A stretch of DNA of 32,172 nucleotides from a virus. Lineage: Duplodnaviria > Caudoviricetes. The translations under genes were made by a program, and so were the position numbers. The notes beneath the pieces were generated by a model. The model was not told the DNA's origin and did not search any database. It saw nothing but the letters and a program-made list of their open reading frames with translations. The DNA is taken from positions 1-32,172 of the IMG/VR virus record IMGVR_UViG_3300046779_000412; one strand, given 5' to 3'. Every line of letters starts with the position of its first letter. Within the stretch, counting starts at the first letter, position 1. This document shows positions 24,557-32,172 of this stretch, piece after piece.

Positions 24557-25053
24557 TGTATTTTAAAGATTTTCCAGAATTCATATATGACTTTAAATAT
24601 GGGTCATCATCTGAAACTAAAACATCTATTGTTAAAGACATAACAAGAAATATTAGAATAAAAAAAGAAGTGTTAAGTAACATTGTTCTTTACGATGAAT
24701 ATGATATTATTGATGGTGAGACACCAGAAATTATTGCTGAAAAATTTTATGGTAATCCAGAATATCATTGGATAATTATGTTAGCTAATGAAAGATTTAA
24801 TTACATAACTGATTTTCCTTTGGAAGAAGTTGCTCTTGATAAACATATCCAAGAAGTATATGGTGAAACCAGATATAATATTGCATTTTATGAGGACGCA
24901 AGAGGATACGTAGTAAATTCAGATTATCCTGGTGCAGTTGGTGTTACTAATGACACAGCAGAGAGAAGACTAAATGAACAAAAGAGAAGAATAAAAATTG
25001 TTCCAGTAGAAGTGATAAATGTTATTTTAAAAGACTTTAAAGAATTGTTATAA
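24556..25053 (+). CDS. 53: Baseplate wedge protein gp53
   Basis: MYF..FP, Y.I.DGETPE.IA.K.YG....HWII...N, E..NE.KRRIK. Confidence 0.9.
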   Translation: MYFKDFPEFIYDFKYGSSSETKTSIVKDITRNIRIKKEVLSNIVLYDEYDIIDGETPEIIAEKFYGNPEYHWIIMLANERFNYITDFPLEEVALDKHIQEVYGETRYNIAFYEDARGYVVNSDYPGAVGVTNDTAERRLNEQKRRIKIVPVEVINVILKDFKELL

Positions 25054-26318
25054 TGCAATCAGGTAATACATTAAGATTTGCTGGCGATGTCAGCATTGAT
25101 AGAGTTAAGATAATTACTCAAAAGGGGTTTTATCAGGACATTACTGCTCAGGTTTTATCTGTTCAGTTTTATGAGGATATATTTTCTCCATTTATTTCTG
25201 GAAGTTTAGTAGTCAAAGAGTCCCTAGATTTAATTAATCTGTTTCCATTTATTGGTGAAGAGTATGTAGATTTACAAATATCTACACCAACTCTTGAAAA
25301 GACTCCTATTAAAGGAAAATATTACATTTATAAGTTAACAGATAGACAATTGGTTGGTGATAGATCTATTGTGTATCAGTTACATTTTGTTTCTGTTGAA
25401 GCAGTGACTGATTTAAATAAAAAAACAAGTAGAGTATTTGGTGATAAAATCTCTAATCTTATTGAACCATTTATTAAAGATAAAACGATAGGATTGGAAA
25501 GTGAAAAGAAAGTTTTCGTTGAAGAAACGATGAACAACACCAAATATATTTCTAATTTTTGGTCACCTACAAAAAACATTATGTGGTTGGTTGATAACGC
25601 AATTAATAAAAATAAAACACCAAATTATGTTTTCTTTGAAAACAGAGATGGATTCTATTTTATTAGTTTAGAAAGTCTTTACTCAAATAAAGTGTATCAG
25701 CAATTTGTATATGATAAATTTGCGAGTGAATCTGGAAGTAATATTGATGTTCAAAAAGATTATCAGAGGATAACTACATATTCTGTTCCTGTTGCGTATG
25801 ACTATATTGATAGGATTAGTAGTGGTATGCTTGCGTCTAAAATGATAAACTATGATATCACAAAGAAAACATATAGTAGCAAGAATTACAATATGTTTGA
25901 TAGATTCCCACAACAGAAACATTTAAATCCATATCCAATAAACTCTGATAGTGCTATTTTTAGAGCAAACTCTTTTATTTTTCAAATTCCAAAATATTTT
26001 AGTAACTTTAATGGTTTTGGTGATGTTACTAATGCAAGATCTGCTCAAGAAAGAATGTCACTATTAAAAATAGCAGAAGCAAATAAAATACAAATAACTG
26101 TTCCTGGAAGAACAGATTATACTGTTGGTTTAAAAGTAAATGTAAATTTTACTAAAATAGAACCAGTATCTAAAAAGGATGATGATATAACAGATAAAAT
26201 CTTTTCTGGAAATTATATTATTGCTGCTATTAATCACTCTGTTGATAGAGAAAAACATGAGTGTCATATAGAATTAATAAAAGATTCGTCACTAATGAAT
26301 ATGAATAAGGGTAAGTAA
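25053..26318 (+). CDS. Probable baseplate hub protein (gp27-like)
   Basis: YED.FSP.ISG, P.IGEE, FFEN..GF.F.SLE.L, I.VPG....VG, SGNYII.AINH; lies between genes 53 and 5. Confidence 0.7.
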   Translation: MQSGNTLRFAGDVSIDRVKIITQKGFYQDITAQVLSVQFYEDIFSPFISGSLVVKESLDLINLFPFIGEEYVDLQISTPTLEKTPIKGKYYIYKLTDRQLVGDRSIVYQLHFVSVEAVTDLNKKTSRVFGDKISNLIEPFIKDKTIGLESEKKVFVEETMNNTKYISNFWSPTKNIMWLVDNAINKNKTPNYVFFENRDGFYFISLESLYSNKVYQQFVYDKFASESGSNIDVQKDYQRITTYSVPVAYDYIDRISSGMLASKMINYDITKKTYSSKNYNMFDRFPQQKHLNPYPINSDSAIFRANSFIFQIPKYFSNFNGFGDVTNARSAQERMSLLKIAEANKIQITVPGRTDYTVGLKVNVNFTKIEPVSKKDDDITDKIFSGNYIIAAINHSVDREKHECHIELIKDSSLMNMNKGK

Positions 26319-29300
26319 TGAATTTTTACTATGGCGTTGTAGAAAATAGACAAGATCCGCTAAGACTGGGTCGTTGCCAAGTTAGAATCGTTGGGTTGCA
26401 CACTCACGATAAATCTCAACTACCAACGGCAGAATTGCCTTGGGCAACTCCTGTACAACCAGTGACATCTGCTGCAATGAATGGTATTGGTCATTCACCA
26501 ATTGGTCCAGTAGAAGGCACTTCTGTTATTATTATTTTTACAGACGAAGGTTATCAACAACCAATTATGATCGGCACTCTTGGTGGTATTCCAAGCGAGC
26601 CTGGAAATATTGATCAAGACGATGACGCACCTATTACTTCTAAAGTTAAGATTAAAAATCTACAACTTAGAACTATACCTGGACCAGTTAGTGGTAACAA
26701 ATTAACATTTTATGATCCAGAAACTAATAGTCAAAATTTAACAGAACCTTTAAAAGCCAACATGAAAGTGTTTGGTTTTGGTCTTCCAGCAGGAACATTT
26801 ATTGTTTCTGTTAATAGTGGAACACAGATAACAATTAATAATTCTGTAAGTGATTATAAAGAAAATATTATAACATTTGAGGATGTTCCAACTAATCTAG
26901 ATGCAGTAAATCAAAGTAAGATTCAATCATACCTTGTAGATGGTAGTGGAAATCCAGTAACATCTGGAACAGGTGGTGCTATCACAACTGGAACTGCAAC
27001 AACAAATCCTGTTAAGCAAACGCCAGCAAATACATCTATACCTACAATCCCTCCACCAAAATCTTCTTCTAATCCTAGCAAATCGTCAGAAGGTATCAAG
27101 GCACTTATTGCTGCTTGTGACAAAGTAGGATTAACAACTAAAGAACAAAAATGTGCATTACTAGGAATTGCTGGTGGAGAGTCTCGTTGGATTCCTCAAT
27201 TAGAATCTTTTAATTATAGCCCTACTCGTTTAAAACAGATCTATTCATTCGCCACACCAGAAGATATTGAAAAATATTCTAATGCTTCTAGAAAGGGAAT
27301 AACAAGAGAGGAATTTTTCTCTTGGGCATATGGACCAACAAAACGTGGTAAAGGATTTTTAGGAAACGAGAGTGATATTGATGGTGGAAAATATTTTGGA
27401 CGTGGATTTATCCAGCTAACAGGCAAAGCAAACTATAAACGATATCAAAAGTTAGCTAATGACACAGGTTTATCTTTAGACATTGTTAATAATCCAGATT
27501 CATTAGATGCAGATATTAATGTTTCTGCTTTAGTTGCTGCATTGTATATTAAAGATAGAGTTAAGGGCATTTCACCAAATGCTCATCCAGGATATTTTCT
27601 TGCTGCTAAGAAAGCAGTTGGCGTAAACTCTCCAGATATCGCTGCATTAAAACAATCATATTATGAATATTTTTATGGACAACCTGGATCTGGCGGAGAA
27701 GAAAAAGATGCGGGAGCACCAGTGGCAGAGCCACCAGCAGATGGTGAAACTGGACCTGGACCATCGAAGAAAAGTATTAAAACTGGGTCAAACACAATAG
27801 GGTTTAGAGATCCAAATAACAAATATCCATTACAAGATTATATCGGTGAGCCAGACACTAATAGATTAAGTCGTGGTATTATTGATGGAACAATTGTTAA
27901 GAAAAAAGATAATATTAGAGTTAGACAAGTTCCAAAAGCATTAGACAATGGAGCATGGGATCAGCCAGAATCTGTCTATGGTGCAAAATATCCATATAAT
28001 AAAGTCTTTGAAACAGAATCTGGACACGTGCAAGAGTTTGATGATACTCCAGGATATGAAAGAATCAATACATATCATCGTTCAGGAACATTTACCGAGA
28101 TTGATCCAAATGGTGTCCAAGTAAATTATATCGTAGGAGATAGTTTTGTTCTAATAGAAAAGAATGGCTGCATTCACGTTGCTGGAGAATGCAACATAAC
28201 AGTTGATGGAAATACAAACATCTATGCTAGAACAGATGCAAACATTCAAGTTGAACAGAATGCTACTGTTAAGGTTGGTAACAATTTAGATATTGGTGTA
28301 GCTACTGACTTCACACTTGCTGTAGGTGGAGATTTTAGAGTAAAGGTGGCTGGAGACTATCAGATCCAAGCAGCAAATATTAGCAATAAAGCTGACGACA
28401 AAGTTAACATAGAAGCTGGTGGCGAAGCTAATTATCTTTCTGGTGGATCTACTAGTATGGATTACTCAGAAGGACAATTTGGTAATGGAGCACAAGGAGC
28501 AGTTCCTGTTGGATTAACTCCTCCAGATTTAGGAACTCCACTTAATCCTGTTGTACCTTATGCTATACCGCCAGAAAGAGAATTTGAAGAAAAAACTGCA
28601 GCAGAAACACCTGAAGATTACGATACACCAGAAGGAAGAAAGTCTTCATCAGAACAGGCAAGAACTGAAGGAGTAGTTGGCGGCGGTGCTGTGGTTGCAG
28701 CAGAAGAAGCAGCACCTACTGGTGGTGGCGGAACTCAGAAAACAGTAGACTGTAAAATAATTTACACTACTAAAGAATTTGGCAATGATTACAGATTAAC
28801 TAAAAACTTTACTCTTGGAATGTTAATAGATGGTGGTGTGAATGGTAAACATAGATTAGTTGATCAGTTGCTTTCTAATGGTAAGGAACAAAGAATATAT
28901 ACTGTCGGCGAGATAGTATGTAACATGGCTAATATGGCTGAAAATTTATTAGAGCCAGCATTAGAAATTCTTCCTGGTGGAATTGGTGGATACAAAAATC
29001 AATGGAGAATCAACTCTGGATATCGCCTAAAAGGTGCTATTGGTGCTGTAGAATCTCCAGTATCTCAACACCCTAAAGGACAAGCTGTAGATATTGGAAT
29101 ATTATTGCCAGATAGAATTGGTAAAACATATGAAATTATCCAACAAATGGAGCGTTCTTTACCATACGATCAGTTAATTTTAGAATATCGTTATCCAAGT
29201 TCAGTTTGGATCCATGCAGCGTACACACCTACTGGACCAAGAAAGATGGCATTTACAATGGTTAATGATAAAGTCTATAAGAGAAATGCACAAGGTATAC

Positions 29301-29347
29301 CAACTGGATTTGTTTTGGTGACTGATATTCCACCGAAAGCAGCGTAA
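26318..29347 (+). CDS. 5: Baseplate central spike gp5 with GH19-like domain and C-terminal peptidase M15-like domain
   Basis: OB-fold GVVE.R.DP..LGR..VRI.G.H; GRGFIQLTG..NY; YPYN.V.ETESGH..E.DDTPG.ERI..YH.SG; beta-helix repeats; INSGYR..SQH..GQAVDI..DQLILE..WIH. Confidence 0.92.
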   Translation: MNFYYGVVENRQDPLRLGRCQVRIVGLHTHDKSQLPTAELPWATPVQPVTSAAMNGIGHSPIGPVEGTSVIIIFTDEGYQQPIMIGTLGGIPSEPGNIDQDDDAPITSKVKIKNLQLRTIPGPVSGNKLTFYDPETNSQNLTEPLKANMKVFGFGLPAGTFIVSVNSGTQITINNSVSDYKENIITFEDVPTNLDAVNQSKIQSYLVDGSGNPVTSGTGGAITTGTATTNPVKQTPANTSIPTIPPPKSSSNPSKSSEGIKALIAACDKVGLTTKEQKCALLGIAGGESRWIPQLESFNYSPTRLKQIYSFATPEDIEKYSNASRKGITREEFFSWAYGPTKRGKGFLGNESDIDGGKYFGRGFIQLTGKANYKRYQKLANDTGLSLDIVNNPDSLDADINVSALVAALYIKDRVKGISPNAHPGYFLAAKKAVGVNSPDIAALKQSYYEYFYGQPGSGGEEKDAGAPVAEPPADGETGPGPSKKSIKTGSNTIGFRDPNNKYPLQDYIGEPDTNRLSRGIIDGTIVKKKDNIRVRQVPKALDNGAWDQPESVYGAKYPYNKVFETESGHVQEFDDTPGYERINTYHRSGTFTEIDPNGVQVNYIVGDSFVLIEKNGCIHVAGECNITVDGNTNIYARTDANIQVEQNATVKVGNNLDIGVATDFTLAVGGDFRVKVAGDYQIQAANISNKADDKVNIEAGGEANYLSGGSTSMDYSEGQFGNGAQGAVPVGLTPPDLGTPLNPVVPYAIPPEREFEEKTAAETPEDYDTPEGRKSSSEQARTEGVVGGGAVVAAEEAAPTGGGGTQKTVDCKIIYTTKEFGNDYRLTKNFTLGMLIDGGVNGKHRLVDQLLSNGKEQRIYTVGEIVCNMANMAENLLEPALEILPGGIGGYKNQWRINSGYRLKGAIGAVESPVSQHPKGQAVDIGILLPDRIGKTYEIIQQMERSLPYDQLILEYRYPSSVWIHAAYTPTGPRKMAFTMVNDKVYKRNAQGIPTGFVLVTDIPPKAA

Positions 29348-29790
29348 TGGCTTGGAATCCTTCTGAAACAGATTTAGGTTCTGTGAATGAGAATGTTAAT
29401 ATTTCTCATTCATTCACCTATATTGACGATGACGATTCAACAGAATATCCAGTTACTGTCACACCAGCAGAGTCTAATCCTTCTACAATTATTATTTCTG
29501 GAAATACAATATCTGGATACTATACTGATTCTTTTAATAATATTATAACATACAGAACAGAAGATGGACAGTTTCCAGTTGTATCAAAATTTAATGAGAT
29601 AGATCTAGATAAACTTTATCAGATGGTTTCTTATAAAGCATCTACAGTTTTATCTAAGACTTTTACATATACTGCTATCGCAAAAAATGGTGATACGGTT
29701 GTTGCAACTCAGACTTATACAAAAACTGTAACCAATGACTGGACTCAAGGGAAGAATTCATTACAAACTTTTGTGGGATATACGACATAA
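29347..29790 (+). CDS. Hypothetical virion/baseplate-associated beta-rich protein
   Basis: Thr/Ser-rich ORF translationally coupled between gene 5 and PAAR. Confidence 0.7.
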   Translation: MAWNPSETDLGSVNENVNISHSFTYIDDDDSTEYPVTVTPAESNPSTIIISGNTISGYYTDSFNNIITYRTEDGQFPVVSKFNEIDLDKLYQMVSYKASTVLSKTFTYTAIAKNGDTVVATQTYTKTVTNDWTQGKNSLQTFVGYTT

Positions 29791-30092
29791 TGCCAGCTAT
29801 TAGTAGAATCGGAGATATGAGCACAGGGCATGGTTGTTTCCCACCGACTGCTCTAGTTGCCACACCTGTAACTAAAACTTTTTTCAATGGAAAACTGGCT
29901 TCTGTAGTTAATTCTGGGTGTCAACACGCTGCTCATGTATGCGGTATTGTAGTTCATGCAGGTGCTACTCGTGCGCCATCAAGTGGAGCTTCTAAAACTT
30001 TTATCGAGGGACATCCTGCAGCGAGAATCGGAGACAATATTAGCTGTGGCGACGCTATTGGAGAAGGTTCTCCAAACACTTTCATAGAATAA
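29790..30092 (+). CDS. PAAR spike-tip protein (gp5.4-like)
   Basis: RIGD.STGHGCFPP, G.PAARIGD..SCG....GSPN.F. Confidence 0.93.
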   Translation: MPAISRIGDMSTGHGCFPPTALVATPVTKTFFNGKLASVVNSGCQHAAHVCGIVVHAGATRAPSSGASKTFIEGHPAARIGDNISCGDAIGEGSPNTFIE

Positions 30093-30106
30093 CCTAAATA
30101 AAGAAT

Positions 30107-30499
30107 ATGGCAAGAAACACAAGAATTTTCTCTGATTTAGACTTTAATTTCACAGCTCACCCTGTGAACGGAGATGTATCACGTCGATATGACGAAAACG
30201 CTATAAAACAATCTATAAAGAATCTTCTTCTAACAAGAAACTTTGAAAGACCATTCCATAGCGAGATCGGATCTCCTATTAGATCTCTTTTATTTGAAAA
30301 TCCTGGACCAATGTTTACTATGATGATGAAGAAATCTATTATAGACGTAATTAATAACTTTGAACCACGAGCACAAATTGTAGATGTTATTGTAGATGAT
30401 TCTAGGGATAATAATTTGGTTTATGTGAGTATAGAATTTAAAATTATCAACACAGAAAGACCAGTAACTCTTGACTTTGCATTAGAGAGAACACGATAA
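30107..30499 (+). CDS. 25: Baseplate wedge subunit gp25
   Basis: FSDLD..F..HP...D, AIKQSIKNL.LT...ERPF...IGS....LFE, FEPR, L.RTR. Confidence 0.93.
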   Translation: MARNTRIFSDLDFNFTAHPVNGDVSRRYDENAIKQSIKNLLLTRNFERPFHSEIGSPIRSLLFENPGPMFTMMMKKSIIDVINNFEPRAQIVDVIVDDSRDNNLVYVSIEFKIINTERPVTLDFALERTR

Positions 30500-32172
30500 A
30501 TGGCAACAAATAATAAAAGATTAAATGTAGCTGAATTAGATTTCGACACGATCAAATCTAATCTTAAAACATATCTAAAAGCACAAGATCAATTTTCTGA
30601 TTATGATTTTGAGGGATCTGCGCTTTCTGTTTTACTAGATGTTTTGGCATATAACACTCACTATAACAGCATTTATACAAACTTAGCTGTCAATGAAATG
30701 TTCTTGGATTCTGCTTCCAAGAGATCATCTGTTGTATCAATCGCTAAGATGCTTGGATATACTCCTAGATCTGCAAAGTGCGCAACTGCGATTGTTAATT
30801 TAACTATTACATCTCCAACTTCTTATCCCGATTCTGTCACACTTCCTGCGAATCAATCATTTTTGACTAGCATTGATAATGTAACATATACATTTTATAA
30901 TATTGAAGATGTGACTATTAATCCGACAAATAGTGGATCATATATTTTCTCAAATTTAAAAATAATTGAGGGAACTCCATTACAATATAAATTTGTCGTC
31001 GCTGCTGGATCAAGATTTATTATTCCTAATACTAATGTTGATATTTCTACTATTAGCGTTAGAGTTCAAGAAAATGCATCAACAGATGTTTATCAAACGT
31101 ATTCATTATCTGATAACATAACAACAGTAACCTCATCATCAAAAGTTTTTTATCTTAAAGAAATTGATGGTGGTTTATATGAAATTATTTTTGGAGATGA
31201 CAATATCTCTAAAGGACTAACTGTAGGTAATGTTGTTACAGTAGATTATTTTATTTCTAGTTTAGAAGCACCGAACAATGCAAATGTGTTTTCATATAAT
31301 GGCGTAACATTATTAGGAAGTAATTTAACAGTTACTACAGTATCAAAAGCAACTGGTGGTGCAGAAGCTGAAGATATTAGTAGTATTAAATTTAATGCAC
31401 CAAGATTATATTCTGCACAAAATAGAGCAGTAACTCCAGATGATTATAAATCTATCATCTATAATCTTTTTCCACAAGCAAAGTCAGTAACAGTTTGGGG
31501 TGGTGAAGATAACAATCCACCAGTTTATGGTAAAACATATGTTTGCGTTAAACCAAAAGATGCAGATAGATTAACTAACGTAGAAAAAGATTCAATTAAA
31601 AATAATATTCTTGCATCTAGAAATATTGTTTCTATTTTCCCAGAAATTATTGATCCAGAATATTTTGATGTTCTAGTCACATCATATGTCTATTACAATC
31701 CAAGAGAAACAAATAAGACTCCTTCTCAACTAGAAAGCATTGTAAAACAGTCATTAATAGATTATAATGTTAATGAACTACAAAGATTTGACAGTATTCT
31801 TCGATTCTCTAAAATGACTAGGGTTATTGATGAATCTGATCCAGCAATTACCAATAATACAACAAGAATTTTAATTAGAAGAACATTTGAACCAATCTAT
31901 AATATTTCTAGCGAATATAAACTTAACCTTATTAATCCTATATCTAAGGCAGGTAATAAAGAAGGTGATGTGTTCTCTTCAAGTGGATTCTTTATTCCAA
32001 ATAGCACACAAATTCATTATCTTGATGACGACGAGAATGGCAATATAAGATTATATTATCTTAACACTAACTTTGATAAAGTTATTGTCAATTCTACTAT
32101 TGGCACTATAGATTATGATTCTGGATTAGTTGTTGTTAGAAATCTGAACATAACTTCTTTAAACGGAGGAAC
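30500..32172 (+). CDS. 6: Baseplate wedge subunit gp6 (truncated by window end)
   Basis: MATNNKRLNVAELDFDTIKSNLK.YL..Q..FSDYDFEGS.LSVLLDVLAYNTHYN...NEMFLDSA..RSSVVS.AK.LGY; later QNRAVT..DY and WGGEDN.PPVYGK. Confidence 0.95.
   Translation, partial: MATNNKRLNVAELDFDTIKSNLKTYLKAQDQFSDYDFEGSALSVLLDVLAYNTHYNSIYTNLAVNEMFLDSASKRSSVVSIAKMLGYTPRSAKCATAIVNLTITSPTSYPDSVTLPANQSFLTSIDNVTYTFYNIEDVTINPTNSGSYIFSNLKIIEGTPLQYKFVVAAGSRFIIPNTNVDISTISVRVQENASTDVYQTYSLSDNITTVTSSSKVFYLKEIDGGLYEIIFGDDNISKGLTVGNVVTVDYFISSLEAPNNANVFSYNGVTLLGSNLTVTTVSKATGGAEAEDISSIKFNAPRLYSAQNRAVTPDDYKSIIYNLFPQAKSVTVWGGEDNNPPVYGKTYVCVKPKDADRLTNVEKDSIKNNILASRNIVSIFPEIIDPEYFDVLVTSYVYYNPRETNKTPSQLESIVKQSLIDYNVNELQRFDSILRFSKMTRVIDESDPAITNNTTRILIRRTFEPIYNISSEYKLNLINPISKAGNKEGDVFSSSGFFIPNSTQIHYLDDDENGNIRLYYLNTNFDKVIVNSTIGTIDYDSGLVVVRNLNITSLNGG

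Overview
AT-rich, densely coding segment of a large T4-like (myovirus) phage genome, probably infecting a Gram-negative proteobacterium. The host guess rests on a BPSL0761-like protein, TctA/TctC, an outer-membrane beta-barrel and an ANDxxFALAA tmRNA tag. Positions ~1-16.4 kb are accessory genes: MazG-like NTP pyrophosphatase, HAD nucleotidase, DenV-like glycosylase, PhoH, GH19 endolysin, PlcP/LpxH2-like phosphoesterase with a GT2, PD-(D/E)XK nuclease, SleB hydrolase, ClpP and a GP88-like protein. This part also holds a six-gene module (two ferritin-like di-iron paralogs, class I glutamine amidotransferase, TctA, TctC, porin) and a circularly permuted two-piece tmRNA gene whose intervening segment carries an unannotated 41-aa membrane ORF. 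Positions ~16.5-32 kb are T4 core: genes 33-59-32, then on the minus strand 4, 2, 54, 16, 26/51-like and a tape-measure-like gene, then on the plus strand 48, 53, hub, 5, PAAR, 25 and 6 (truncated). Signals not in the ORF track: the permuted tmRNA with embedded ORF, a candidate -1 frameshift (G/GT-chaperone-like) before the tape-measure gene, repeated leaderless promoter-ATG spacing, a pseudoknot leader, and ATAC repeats before gene 32. All family calls come from motif recognition by eye, not from database searches.
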